This document shows, piece after piece, positions 39,132 to 51,332 of a stretch of 64,000 nucleotides of DNA. Under the pieces are notes generated by a model. The model was not told the origin of the DNA. It made no database searches and saw only the letters and a program-made list of their open reading frames with translations. The DNA is from Iphione sp. A-MEVVRFRX5 (lineage: Eukaryota), in assembly GCA_976226885.1 (NCBI GenBank), contig OZ320314.1, positions 81,654,001 through 81,718,000 on the forward strand, in the 5' to 3' direction. The first letter of the stretch is position 1, and the number at the start of each line of letters is the position of its first letter. The position numbers and the translations under genes are program-made.

Positions 39132-39159
39132 GGGTGGGCAGTGGGCGGTGGGCGGTGGG
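39132..39159 (+). other. Canonical G-quadruplex motif
   Basis: GGG-T-GGG-CAGT-GGG-CGGT-GGG-CGGT-GGG. Confidence 0.5.
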
Positions 39160-39757
39160 AAGGAGGTGAAGTATCCATGCCCAGGAGATATCGGTGATCG
39201 GATCGACAGGAAGTAAGGGGGCAGCAGTAAATAGTGCCTGCAGCGAGGCCTCAGATGTAGCACAGAGTTGGGTGATGGAAATCGGGCCGGGTGATAAGAG
39301 TCCATCACCACTGTATCAACAAGGCTCCGGCTCGAAAATAGGGTCTCAATCTTCTCACCTTGGCCGATAGCACGGCTGGCGGCCCAATGATATGAAATCT
39401 GCCCGCACTGATATGAAGTCTCAGAAGAGACATGGGCTTGCCACCTGCGCACATACTACGATCCGTTTTGATTGCCAAGAAGCTGCAATCCTGATAAATT
39501 AGGGTATAGAATCAAGCAAGAAGCAACCACCAGTGGCCTGCTCTAAAGTTTCCATATTCGTCCTTTGATCTCAAAACATTATTCACTAAACTTCATTATT
39601 AGTATCGACCATATTCATCGGTAGGAACACCTCAATATTGAGTTCGTGCAGTCACATGAGGGTATTATACTAGACTGAACACATGCATAATAAACAATAG
39701 AAATATAAAATAGGTTTTAAGTTAATGTACATATATGTATTATGTAGAACAATGAGA

Positions 39758-41365
39758 CTCCACATTCTATTTGACTGAATCAATTCTTAAAATGAAAATT
39801 CTCCGAAAATTGTGCGATATGTGCCTTTTTAAAAAATATATTTGAAGGCCAACCGTAATCAAGTATGATATTTGAGGGTCTTAGAGTATCGATGTACTTC
39901 CTAAAAGATGCACTGAAATGCACGGGTTATTTCTTCACGGAAATTGTTGGCAGGTCTTTGAGGGACTCTGTCGTCCCCTTAGACTGGAAATTAGCTGAGG
40001 TCATCCCATTGTATAAGAAAGGTAGCATCACAGATCCTAAAAATTATAGGCCGGTTTCTATACTACTGGCACCCAGTAAAGTTTTGGAAAAGGTGGTTTA
40101 CCAACAGATTAATGATCATATGGAACGGCATGATCTATTTCATAATAACCAATTTGGGTTTAGGCAAGGGAGAGGAACAGGTATAGCAGGGGCGGTATTA
40201 CTTAAAAAGATATTTGAACAAATAAACCTTGGAAGATACATAGCAACAATATTTCTCGATATGTCAAAAGCATTTGACATGATAAATCATTCTTTAGTGA
40301 TCAGTAAATTAAAAAAGTATGGGTTCTGTATTGAAATTCAGGAGTGGTTCCGGTCATATCTGTCGGAGAGGGGTCAAAGGGTTAGATGTAATGGAATAAA
40401 ATCAGATATGCTATCAGTATCTACAGGGGTACCCCAGGGGTCAGTTCTTGGCCCGTTACTGTTTATTATTGCAATTAATGATATCTTTGAAATAAGGGGC
40501 CCCTGTGACTTAGTGATCTATGCTGATGACATAACAGTTGTTGCAAACGCAACGAGTGCATGGGCTCTGAGACAAAAATTACAGTATAGTATGTCTAGGA
40601 TTGAAAAGTGGTGCATGGAAAATGGGTTAATTATTAATAAAGAAAAATCCAAAGTTATGAGTTTTGGGAAGGCACAGGGATTTAATCTCGATATTAGGCT
40701 ATTAGGGGTAACGCTGGGCAATGTACATGAGTTCAAATTTTTAGGATATAAATTAGACTCTAAACTCAATTTTAAATCACTCATAGATGGAAAGATTAAA
40801 AAGATAAATAGTGTAAGTTATTTGTTAAGTAGGTGCAGAGGGATGCTAAACATGTCATTACGAGAAAAATTCTTTATAGCATTTGTGCAGCCACATGTTG
40901 ATTTTGGGCTTGGTTTATTGTTCTCAGCAAGGACACAGGATATATCAAGGTTACAACGAGCTTGGTATCGTGCAGTGAGGATCTGTGTTCTAAATAGATT
41001 TTCCACAAATAGGCAGGTTGAAAATTGGTTGGCAGAGAGAAGGATATATTCATTATATGCTAGGATGGTATACCTGGCGCTGTTAACTATCACTGATCTT
41101 TTTAAATTTTCTTTTTGTGAGAGGCGATTGAGGACCACAACAACAGCAGGTGCAGGAATTCAACTACACGTTCCAAAGCCAAAACTGGAGCAGTACCAAA
41201 GAAGTTTCATCTATCGATCGATATTGTATTGGAATAGCTTACCCAGTGATGTAGTAGTTAAGGAGAGATATTTGATTAAACGTTATATTAGGGATAATAT
41301 TGTCCGATTAGCAGCCGCCGAATAAAGAAATACTCAATAAAATTTTTCAAATCAAATCAAATCAA
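39758..41365 (+). mobile_element. 5'-truncated CR1/L2/Crack-type LINE with (AAATC)n tail
   Basis: RT ORF 39865..41325, AATAAA overlapping the stop, CAAAT x3 tail at 41348..41365. Candidate 8-bp TSD CAATGAGA at 39750..39757 and 41363..41370. The 5' boundary depends on this TSD. Confidence 0.9.
39865..41325 (+). CDS. LINE reverse transcriptase, uninterrupted 486-aa C-terminal part of ORF2, no endonuclease
   Basis: WKLAEVIPLYKKG, NYRPVSIL, QFGFRQGRGT, FLDMSKAFDMINH, GVPQGSVLGP, YADD, FKFLG. The start Met is probably an internal residue. Confidence 0.95.
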   Translation: MIFEGLRVSMYFLKDALKCTGYFFTEIVGRSLRDSVVPLDWKLAEVIPLYKKGSITDPKNYRPVSILLAPSKVLEKVVYQQINDHMERHDLFHNNQFGFRQGRGTGIAGAVLLKKIFEQINLGRYIATIFLDMSKAFDMINHSLVISKLKKYGFCIEIQEWFRSYLSERGQRVRCNGIKSDMLSVSTGVPQGSVLGPLLFIIAINDIFEIRGPCDLVIYADDITVVANATSAWALRQKLQYSMSRIEKWCMENGLIINKEKSKVMSFGKAQGFNLDIRLLGVTLGNVHEFKFLGYKLDSKLNFKSLIDGKIKKINSVSYLLSRCRGMLNMSLREKFFIAFVQPHVDFGLGLLFSARTQDISRLQRAWYRAVRICVLNRFSTNRQVENWLAERRIYSLYARMVYLALLTITDLFKFSFCERRLRTTTTAGAGIQLHVPKPKLEQYQRSFIYRSILYWNSLPSDVVVKERYLIKRYIRDNIVRLAAAE

Positions 41366-42032
41366 TGAGATACTATTCATTCTTTTACCCAACGTTGTCT
41401 AGAGTTCGAGCAAATGGCCGTCGGCAATGGTATGATTTCAACCTTGAGTGCGGAAACGGGATTCATGACGTAATGTCTATTTTAGTAAAATTGATGGTTT
41501 AGGCGGGTTACGACGACCGGCCGAGGGCCATACCTCCGAAGTAGCATTGTGAAAGCCGGGTTCGAGGAACCCCCTGATACGGATGGTCTGTAGAAGGAAA
41601 AAACTCGTTAGTGTCAAACAATGGCTTTTAATCTGCAAGGCCAGCCGACGTTAAGTGATGGATAATGGCGTGCCACCGACCCCTCTCCATCTTGTTTTAC
41701 ATATAAGGCAAGGGGTCACGTGCACAATCGATGTCTGGGTCGCATGGGGTTAGCTGTACGGCCCAAGCAATCAAAAGCATTGGCGGGTGCTGGCTAGGAA
41801 CCAACACGTAATGAAAGGAGTGTCAAGGCAATACTGCTTGGGGACGTTTTTTTTTCTGAGGGTGGTCCTGTCAAGAGACGGAGGAGCAGAAGGTGAGTAG
41901 AAACATAGAACTTCTTCAGGGAGAGATGGCTTTCCCGCTCTGGGCTGGACCAAATGGAATTGTTTCCTGACGGGATAATCAAGAGACTGTTAAGCGGCGT
42001 TGGTGCTTGCCATTGATTGGTCACCTTAACAC

Positions 42033-42047
42033 CCGCCAGGGGGTGCT
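42033..42047 (+). promoter_or_regulatory. CTCF-like motif CCGCCAGGGGGTGCT
   Basis: One mismatch to the CTCF core. Confidence 0.45.
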
Positions 42048-45000
42048 TCGGATATAGTACTGTTTAGGGACGCGATGAGCTACTATATCAATGTGTGAAG
42101 GAGCAAAACGCACTCACTGGTGGCAAATACCTCTTACATTTTTATAGGCATACGCTTGACCATGTATTTCTAAGTAAAAGATGAACGATGGGTTTACCCT
42201 GCACGATATAATGTTGCTTCGCGGGAAGAATTTCGATCAATAACACAATATATCCCTTCCACATACTACTGACTTTGAGACATCAAAGCATTGTCTTATC
42301 AAACACTTCGCCCCAGGCGATTGCTAGTGCAATGTAGAACGTAGGAGAAGGAGCGAAGCCGCGGCACTCAGCGGGAAGAAGATAGGATACGGTGATGATG
42401 GATAGCTGCTGCCTTCACCAACATGACACGGTGGAAATAACCGAGACCATCAGTCAGAATGGAGCATAGCAGGCTCTCTTTGTCTTGATGGAAGGCTTTG
42501 ATAGATAAAGCGCTTAGATCGATGTCAACCATGTCGCATCTGATCTGATATGCATCGTGCCTTTCAAACGGCCGTATCTAACTACGAAAGCCATCAAATA
42601 TTTAATTATGTGCGAATCATTGTAGGGTAACTTTGTTAAACAGCTTGTACATAAGGGATATGTATGCTCTCCCGGCGAGCCAGTTGCTTCTATGGTTGTC
42701 CGAAGAGACTCGTGCCATCTCAGTACATGAAAATGGCACATTAATGTAATACAGATTATCTTTTTTATTTTAATGCAGAAGCTCTCTCTAATCATTGTCC
42801 ACAACAACAATACCACTCTGTCTGATTACAGCAGTCAATAACGGCATTTAAAGACGGTTTTATCTAGGTGAGCTTGTTAGAAGGTGAATTTTAGCAACGT
42901 GGCTCTCTATCATGCATTGTTTAAGGTGATTCATTACATTAAAACGTCACCTAAGATGAAACAAAAGCAATACTGTGTTCATAAATAAATACTGATTTGG
43001 ACAAATCCATTAGATAAAAAACGAAGTTTTGCCCATCTCGTCATTTTACTTGCAGGAAGTCGGCTGCCAATCATGACTACATAAAAGCTGAAGTGACTGG
43101 GGTATATTCTCGTGGCCATCCACACAATAAGAGCAATATCTAAAAAAGTACCATAAAAACAGGTTTTGCCACTGTATCTGTCTTCATATGATTTGCTTCG
43201 CTTGATAACTTAAATATCCTTCCTGACATGACAACAATGAGACCAAACATGCAATTAAAAAGGACATTCATACCAGGAAAAGCCTATATGAGCAGTTTAA
43301 TTGGCCTGTTTACCGAGCAAAATAGAATGGACTGGTGATGAATGGACTCGGAATGAGCATCGATATATCCTCTGCCAATAAGGCTATTGTGTAGGCGCAC
43401 TCGTGCAATCATAACTGAACAGGCTGCGGCCAGTCAGCGAAGAGCCATGTAATGAGACCTGGAGGTTCTCTGCCAAGATGCTCACAGTGGCTGGTCGACC
43501 GCGAGACCCCAGTCGTCTTTGTGACCAAATGAGTCTATTATCCGCTTCATCCACCTTCCACTTTTGATCAAGGTTCAGTGTTACTTTCCGTTGTCGTCCG
43601 ACTTCCATCGGGCTACTGTTTGAACGTACTGGAGTGGAAGGGTTTGCCTGAGGAGACCGGCAGACGGCGACGGCGCAGCCGGAGCGAGACAAACCTTTGT
43701 AACGCTGCTCCCGACAGGCGGTCAGACACGTCCTCCGTTGTCCGCAATCAGAAGATCAGTGCTGCACTGACTGAGCACCATTTCCCACTTAAGCCTTAAA
43801 TCTCAGAGCCCGCACCCTCCCCCACCCACCTTACGCACTCTTGCTTGATTCGCGGGCATACCTCGTTCTCTCCAGTGTAGTCACCATCAGAAGAAAGTTT
43901 CAAGAGGTTGTGTGTTTTAGACCGGCACACCCGACGACTTTCTCTCTGCAGTAACCCAGTAGTGACATTAACAATATCGATTACATATACATAACGTAAA
44001 TCCTTCATATGTACATATTTAAGGAAACACTACAACTACTGGCCACTGAAAACTATGATAGGTAGAATTCAAGCGCCTGTGCTACAGCACCGCCTTTAGG
44101 GCGGGATACTCGCCGATGGTTGTGTGGGTGGGCAGCTCCTCGGACGGGTCTGATGATTGAGATGCACCTACCGGCAAGATAACGACCGACCAAGCCGTGG
44201 ACCTGTTCGCTTTTCTCCATCGCCTCCCGATCGTCCTTCTCTCTCAAACAGACAAGTCCATACCCATATTAATCAGGCAAAGACCGATCGTTTTGTCCTT
44301 ATTGCCTAGGTGCACCTGCTTGCTATATTCCCAGGACGTATAAGGAGGCTTTTGATTAGGCTCTCTGGATGCGATCATAATTCCTTCATGTCTGACGCTT
44401 TACTGTGTATAACGCATCCCTATATCGTTACCGAACAATGTGGAAGTGTATTCATATTCCGTTGCTACTCCTACACAGTTCCTTCGCTCTCTTATAGGCA
44501 CGCCCTTAAAATATAGACTTCTATATACTGGAAAGTAAAGAATTTTTATTGATCACGTGCAGGAATTTTCCTCCCCATCTACATTCTAGTAGCGATTATT
44601 CCCCCTCCCTTTGCTCGGGCGTCAGTGTTTTATCAGGGCATTTGGCCAATGTTTTATCTAGGCTTTTCCTAAACACCCGATCTTTCTACATGGATGGACG
44701 CGAGGATTGGGGAATGGTTTCCAATATAAAGCTAAGTGTGGAAGGGATGTGCAGACAGAATGTAATTTCAGTAAGTCCACGCCTTATCGAGGGTCACTCT
44801 TTTCCCCAACTAGCCATACCCGTGCGAGGGTTTCCTTTAACGTGTGACAATGAGTTCCTATATCAGCACGCTCTATTCATGGGCAGGTCACATAACCATC
44901 CCTCGATCTACATGGCGACCATAAAGGCGCCGATCCAAAATGAAAAGAGCTGGCTGACGACGTCAATTCGTGGCATGTAACAAGGGGCGTATAATGTACT

Positions 45001-46929
45001 CGTCTACATGTACATTCCTAGTGATGCAATCGGCTAGGAAATAGAACCCATCAGAGATGGAAAGCCAACGTCTGCGCGAGAATACTGTCGCCCTTTTTAA
45101 ACGTCATTCCAACGAGCATACACCAGATAAGCATAAAAAAGAAAGAAAACAGGAGAGACGGGAAGGAAAGAGACAGACCCAGTCTGATGAAAAAAGAGAC
45201 AGAGTTGGGGAAGGAGGAAATACGAAGAATAGATGCAGTTTAGCAGCGGGAGAACTCGGGAGGAAACGGATTCCCAAGAGGGCAATCCCTTCTCGTACTA
45301 GACAATAGCACCGATGGGCTCTTGGCCCCGTCACCTTTGCTATCCATCATTAGCGTTGGCAAGACATTGTATTTTAATGATCTAATACAAGGTCGGGTGC
45401 CTTTCTACGGGAAGGTGCTGGGGTTGTACCTGTATGATGACCTTCTCCAGGTCAGTGAAGCCAAGTAAAGGCATACAGAATAAATTTTACCAGGCCCTTT
45501 CATGTATGGTAGCTTTGATATTTATGGGCTACAGGCAATTCAGAAGAAGCTATAATATAGCAGTATTAAGTGAATACAGCCACGAAGTGGAAGTGCATCG
45601 ACAGGCACGAGGCGAAACATTGGGATGTATCTACAGTGATGGTTGCATATCACGGCGAACATGTTTAGATGGTCTTTGGCATTGGTAGTCCCGCTGTTAC
45701 TCCTCTTCCAAACTTCTCTGCCTCCTCCTCTTGATCCCCTTGCTCGTCCTCCTTGTCAGGTGACTTGGTGTGATCAGGTATTGCGTTCTTCTCGTCTTGG
45801 TACCTATGTTCTAGTAGATCATTCAGGGTCATAAAATCTCTCAGGGTCTTTGAATTTACTACCTTCAATGAGGTCTGTGCCCTGGTGAAGCTGTTCAACA
45901 TTGGAATATTGCCACCTCTTGTTCCGGAGTCATAAATCTCTCAGTACACGGTTTCACTTCTGTCCTGATGAATCAAACGTACTTGGCCATTTTGCTTTAC
46001 CAATAACCAAGGTGTTTTAACTCACCCACCAGGTGTAAAGGCTTTCCAGACCACCAGGGAAAGAAGTATCTTGTTTGTAAGAACAGTGCACAACTTCTTA
46101 GATCTGGACTCTCTGTAGATGTAATGACACTATTTTAAGCTGTTTTCTCAATTGTATTTGACTTTGTATTTTTTTGTTTATATCTCACATAGGGTCACAA
46201 CTAAATATATTCTTCTTCAGCTGCAAGACAAATCGACCGGAATTGCTCTTGCGTTTTCATTCAACATATCTCAAAGGCAGAGGCAATGGCAGGGCCACAC
46301 TGACATTTAGCTGAATTTCAGTTTCATTGTCACCATGTCCATGTGACAAAATATATGAAAGTAGTGGTATATTGTGGGAAGAGAACATGTGTCTGTAACC
46401 AAACGATACAATTATATCAATGGCAGCTAAAAGTACAACTTTCCAGTCGAGATAGCAGCTTGCGGTGGTAAGAAGAAGCTGAATAGTGCTGCGTATTGAT
46501 TTAAGGTTCGCAGAAGCCTTTTCAGTTCGTCAATTAATTTGGCCATTCATTTAAAGCTGTCTAATCCTCCTTTTAATAGATGTTAGTAGTCAGTGTCCTT
46601 TGAATTCATGATTGTAGTGGGTAGATAGGTCAAGGAAATGTTGGGAAGTCTAATGGGGCGAGGGGTGTGGCGGCAGACGTTTGAAGAGTTTTATACCAGA
46701 ATACATGCAGTTTCATTTGACTAGTTCATTTATTGGCTTCCAGTCTCCTACTCGGATGCTGGTTTGACATTATGTGCGAACATCAGCAATTTTACATAGT
46801 TTACTAAACGTGTATAGTTTTTACACAAGGAGGTTATAACAAATATATCAGTAGGTTTTTATTCTATAAATACCAGCATCTTTGCACATTTTTTTGATTG
46901 ATCTTGTGGGACACTCAGGTGGGTTTAGT

Positions 46930-48600
46930 GAGAGAATACGTATGCTCATCATTATTTTGAATTATGAAAGTCTATGTCTTCGTGCCCCAACAACAAAAAG
47001 TGCTGAGTAAGTGACATGGGCTAGTATTAGAGCTTTGATCAGCACTATTATGATTTGCCGAGGGATATACTTCCTGGTCAAACTGAGGAATTTGGTTACC
47101 GCCCACACCTTGCTTTTCAGCCTGTTCATTCTGACACCCAATTAAGAATGCTGTCTGCTAGAGTACCCACGCCTTTACTGCTGTTGCTGAAAAGGATGTT
47201 CGAACCACCTACTGAGATTTCGAGGTCGTCTATGTTGGCATTGCCCAAGGGAATGTAGCAAGTCTAGGACAAGTTCCGACAAGGTCCATTGGATACGCAC
47301 CAGTGAGACTTGCATGTGACACACTGGTTGATTTTTTTCAATCCCAACTAAAGTATGTCTGGTGCGCTTATGAATCCTGAAATATCCTCTGCACGTCTGG
47401 TCGGAAATCCACAGCAGTCCACATATTGAACAATATCATTCATGATTATGGCGAAGCACAAAGGGCTGAGTGGCTTGCCTTGTGGTCGAATATGCTGTAC
47501 CAGAGTTGTTGCATAGTACGACTTTCTGCAGTGGGCCACGATCAGCTGCCACATGGAGTAGTCCGTAAAGCAGTAGGTTATGATTCAAGAGGTTAAATGC
47601 CTTGTTGATATTGAAAAAAATAATGGAACGTTCTGCTTTTTGTTGACAACATCAAATTTGTTTGGATTAATGCACATTGTGATTTACGCTTGGTAAAAAT
47701 CCATGCTGACATTTGGAGAAATATCACGTATTCATTCATGACTTACGCATTCAGATGCAAAGAATGTGCTCCCGAATCTTACCTTTCGCATGCAGCATTG
47801 ATATAGGCCTATGGTTACTCGATAATTTTGATCGCCTTTTAAAACAATGGTAACCGTTTGATATTCATGTTGTGACCAATTTTCAGAGGCTCATTGCTGT
47901 ACTCAAAAGCCTATGCACCTACGGTGTAATCGCAACAACACTATACTTCAGTGAATCCATTGGTGCATCTTGTATGCAAGTTGACTCATTAACGTTTTGC
48001 GCAAGAATACTTTGCTTGATTTCATCAGCAGTAGAAGGAGTGCCTTAGAACGCATCTCCCTACGTGGTTACAATATTGAAATCTAATTTTATATTGTAGC
48101 CATCACAAATCAAAACAACATAGTTCTCCAACGCATTGAAGCCTTCAGGGTGTTTGACATTACCAGCTTTGGTATCTATGATTATTTCAGCATCCCTTTG
48201 TCGTTCTTGCCCATCCGACCATTATTAGGTCCTAAAGTCAATTTTGTTTTATTCTCCAGTAATTTAGATTTGTGTGTAAAGTACTGAATATTGTATGCAT
48301 TCAACTGTTCTTTTTTAATTTTCTTACCCAGCAAGGCGAAAATAAGAGAATTATCAATGTTAGTTTGTGAATTTCATGAGTAAATACCTTATAACAGTTC
48401 TTTTAAAATTTTAAGATGAAGTGCGGAAGAATCGGTCTTTTGCCTCTTTTACGGGTTATGTGGAAGAGGGTAGTGGCAAGATGTAGATATAGATTCTGTC
48501 AGCGCAGTTTCCATTGAGTCCAAAGCAGCATCTGGATCATTTACGAGCAGTTGCTAGCGGCATCGGAACTTTCTGAAGTGATCAGTAAAATTGTCGCAGT
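46930..48600 (-). pseudogene. Ancient decayed CR1/L2-type LINE ORF2 relic (linker + RT + thumb) with many stops and frameshifts
   Basis: Hand translation of the minus strand gives RT motifs in the correct order: VTIVLKGD and NHRPISML (~47800-47850), IIFFNINKAFNLLNHNLL (~47580-47630), PQGKPLSPLCFAIIMNDI (~47440-47490), RAEDISGF (decayed YADD, ~47370-47395), RKYIPRQIIIVLIKALILAHVTY (~47000-47080). The 48000-48600 linker similarity is weaker and the boundaries are approximate. Confidence 0.8.
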
Positions 48601-48896
48601 CCGTTTTGACACTTAGGAAAGTAGCTCTAATGTTACCAGCTATATGTTTCTAGGCTCATCAAACCCTCAAGGGGCACTAGTTATGACAAAATGATATAAG
48701 TGTACTAGGCAAACGAAAAGGAATGATATGTATATCGACTAAAGCTTGCTATATGCAAATATTGTGATTGAGTTGTGAGCTTAGGTGACTTGTCTTCATA
48801 CCGTCTGTTGATTTGTTGATCTCATGCAGATCTTGGGATCGCAATCTTGTGTATATATGTTTGCAAGATTGACCAAGGAGAACAAATGGTGACTAC

Positions 48897-48920
48897 ACAT
48901 TCATTCATTCATTCATTCAT
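48897..48920. repeat. (TTCA)n microsatellite
   Basis: About 5-6 ATTC units; could be the (TGAA)n tail of a minus-strand retroelement. Confidence 0.8.
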
Positions 48921-51250
48921 AGCCTAAAGTGGATGAGGACTGTACCTGGTATAGTTTGGCCTTGCTTTGTGCTTCAGTATTATAAGGATATCCTAGGATA
49001 TGGGTGGTGGTTAATACTACTTCAATATAATGCACCATCACCTGCATTGCTTAATATGCACCTTTACATGTACCATGGTGTTTAGCCCTGCATGATAGTA
49101 GCAACTCACTACAGCAAACCCTACTTAACAAAATGAACTTTTCTTCCTGGTAACCGAAATACGCGTTCTCTAATATAGTGTCATGTGCTGAACTATACCA
49201 ACATCGAGATCCTTAGAGACTACTTAAGTCGAACTTTTTGATAACGGCCACGGCTATGCAGCATCACATAGGCCAAGGGACTGGTATGTTGAATAACTTA
49301 ACCCTGCTGAATAATGAGAAGACTTGCTGATCTCGCTGGGAGGATGTTGCAGACAGGCTCGTCCTCCTGGTAGCTAGACCGCCACTCTCAATAGCCCTCC
49401 TCAACCATGATGCAACTCTATAGTTAAATTTTCTTCGTTACTATCATAAATTAACCAACTAAACATTTATCACGAGCTGATGTCTCCGCACTTCAATTAC
49501 TTTCTTCTCCCTGGAACCAGGTTAAATTGGTGTAGATACAAGGAAAGTCAAACACAGCCTGCCTTGGATAACCCCGAGGCCGTCATGAGGACCGCTGGGT
49601 GAATGTATCAGAATGGACGTTTCACGGTTGAAAAGACTGAAGTAGGTGTGGAAAAAAACACAGTCAATGTAGCCAATTATCTGTCCCTTTGATGTAGTCT
49701 TATTTGAGGAAATCATAGGGTGAACACTCATCGCAAAGATGAAAAACAAGTCTTTGTTTTCGTCCAACATCATTGCAGAAGTCTCACCAATGTGACTGAC
49801 ACTTCCGCGTTATTTTGTCCGTTTTGAGATTCTTTCCCTTGGTTAAAATAACATACTGGAGGCGCACAGCTGATTTTGGTTTGTTTCGATCCATTTAATA
49901 TAACTCTTATTTCTATCACAGAGGTGCCAGACATACTCGCCACAAACATCCCACTGTATGATGATTAATGTCTCGTACATGCTCGGTGTTCCTAACAGAA
50001 GGAACACAGCTTGGAACAGTATGTCACCATAGGCCATGAGCAATACTGTTCTGTAACAAAACCTTCAATACCACTGGATCACCTTCAAAAAAATATCTGA
50101 CCGCCTACTTTGGGTATATGTCGCAAAGGAAGCTGGACTATAAGACAGACAACAAACTTTGATAAGGAAAATACATTCTAAAACTAGAATTCCACATATT
50201 TATGCTTTGCAAAAGATGTGTTGCACATTTGTCCATCTTGAAAGCGTTTGGAGATGATGCCTCTGGGCCTGAGAACGATCCTATTGACTTAGTCACCAAC
50301 CAGCCGTGGTCTGATACTACGTGCTTGGCTGGCTCTCTCAAGTAAGGTCCTCTGACACCCCATCCCTCAGTCCCTGATTCCCCCCATCTTCATATTGCTG
50401 CAATTTCATAAGCACAGCATGTCCAGGAGAATGCTATAGGTCAATAATACATACTCCATATCAGGGACAGACAGACAAAGCTTATACTAGATCTTTGGAC
50501 AGGAGACATAGGCCTACGCTACAGATACAGGCAGATTAAATACAGTTTTAAAGTATTTAGCACACAAAGAGACATACATTCATTTATATAAATGCATTTG
50601 TATATGAGGCAATCGAAATATAATTCTTATAATCTATTTTACCAAACATGAAATGTACATATGTGAAATTATTCAACTTTTCTATGAAGCATCCTGAAGC
50701 TGAGCTCAGTGTTGTATTCTGATGCCAGACTTACGCATGTCAAACTCATGCCTGCGATGTCAGGAGAGCCCAGTTGGCTGTTTAGACTGAAAGCAGGCAA
50801 AGAACGGGCCAGTACCGATCATCCTGGGTCCGTCCAGAGGGCCGTCAAACCATATACATGTACATGTACACGAGCATAACGCCACTGGACTTGTCGAAAA
50901 GTCACCTTAAGACCTGCAGATGTTCCACGCTTTAAACTTCTTGAGGAGTGAAAAGGAGACTTGTTTATAAAATGTTTTACATGTGTTATGTCAGATCGCT
51001 AGTCCTTCATGTAACTACATGTATATGCTTTAGAACTCAGGTGGGTAGCATGAGATCAAAAAAACAATCAAATTTCTGTAAGACATTGAATAACGTGTAC
51101 ATGTATCTGACTTGATTACTTGACTTTTCTAGTAAAATGAAATAATGAGTTCGCTGTTGGGCATTGATAATTGATTATCATTATTTTATCACGACTAAGT
51201 TCTAATATTTCTGGGCTGTCAGGATGAGGGATGAGGGGGTGAGACTGGTG

Positions 51251-51291
51251 GAGAGAGAGAAAGATAGATAGATAGATAGATAGATATATAT

Positions 51292-51322
<31 letters not shown>

Positions 51323-51332
51323 CAGACAGAGA
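51251..51332. repeat. Compound microsatellite (GA)n-(GATA)n-(TA)n-(GA)n-(GACA)n
   Basis: Directly visible in the sequence. Confidence 0.95.

Noticed and set aside
22506-41325. Reverse transcriptases as part of a retron, DGR, group II intron or CRISPR-RT system
   Set aside because: The APE endonuclease fusion, GVPQGS.LGP/YADD context, poly(A) or microsatellite tails and eukaryotic setting identify them as LINEs. I saw no CRISPR array, TR/VR pair or operon structure.
41861-41892. 32-nt microexon candidate encoding GGPVKRRRSR with a perfect AAG|GTGAGT donor
   Set aside because: The acceptor is GAG rather than YAG, which is rarely used; no other support.
49540-50000. Possible fourth LINE relic (LPWITP; ITEVPDILATNIPLYDD*CLV)
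   Set aside because: Only two weak motifs, at a spacing too short for ORF2; needs a translated search to decide.
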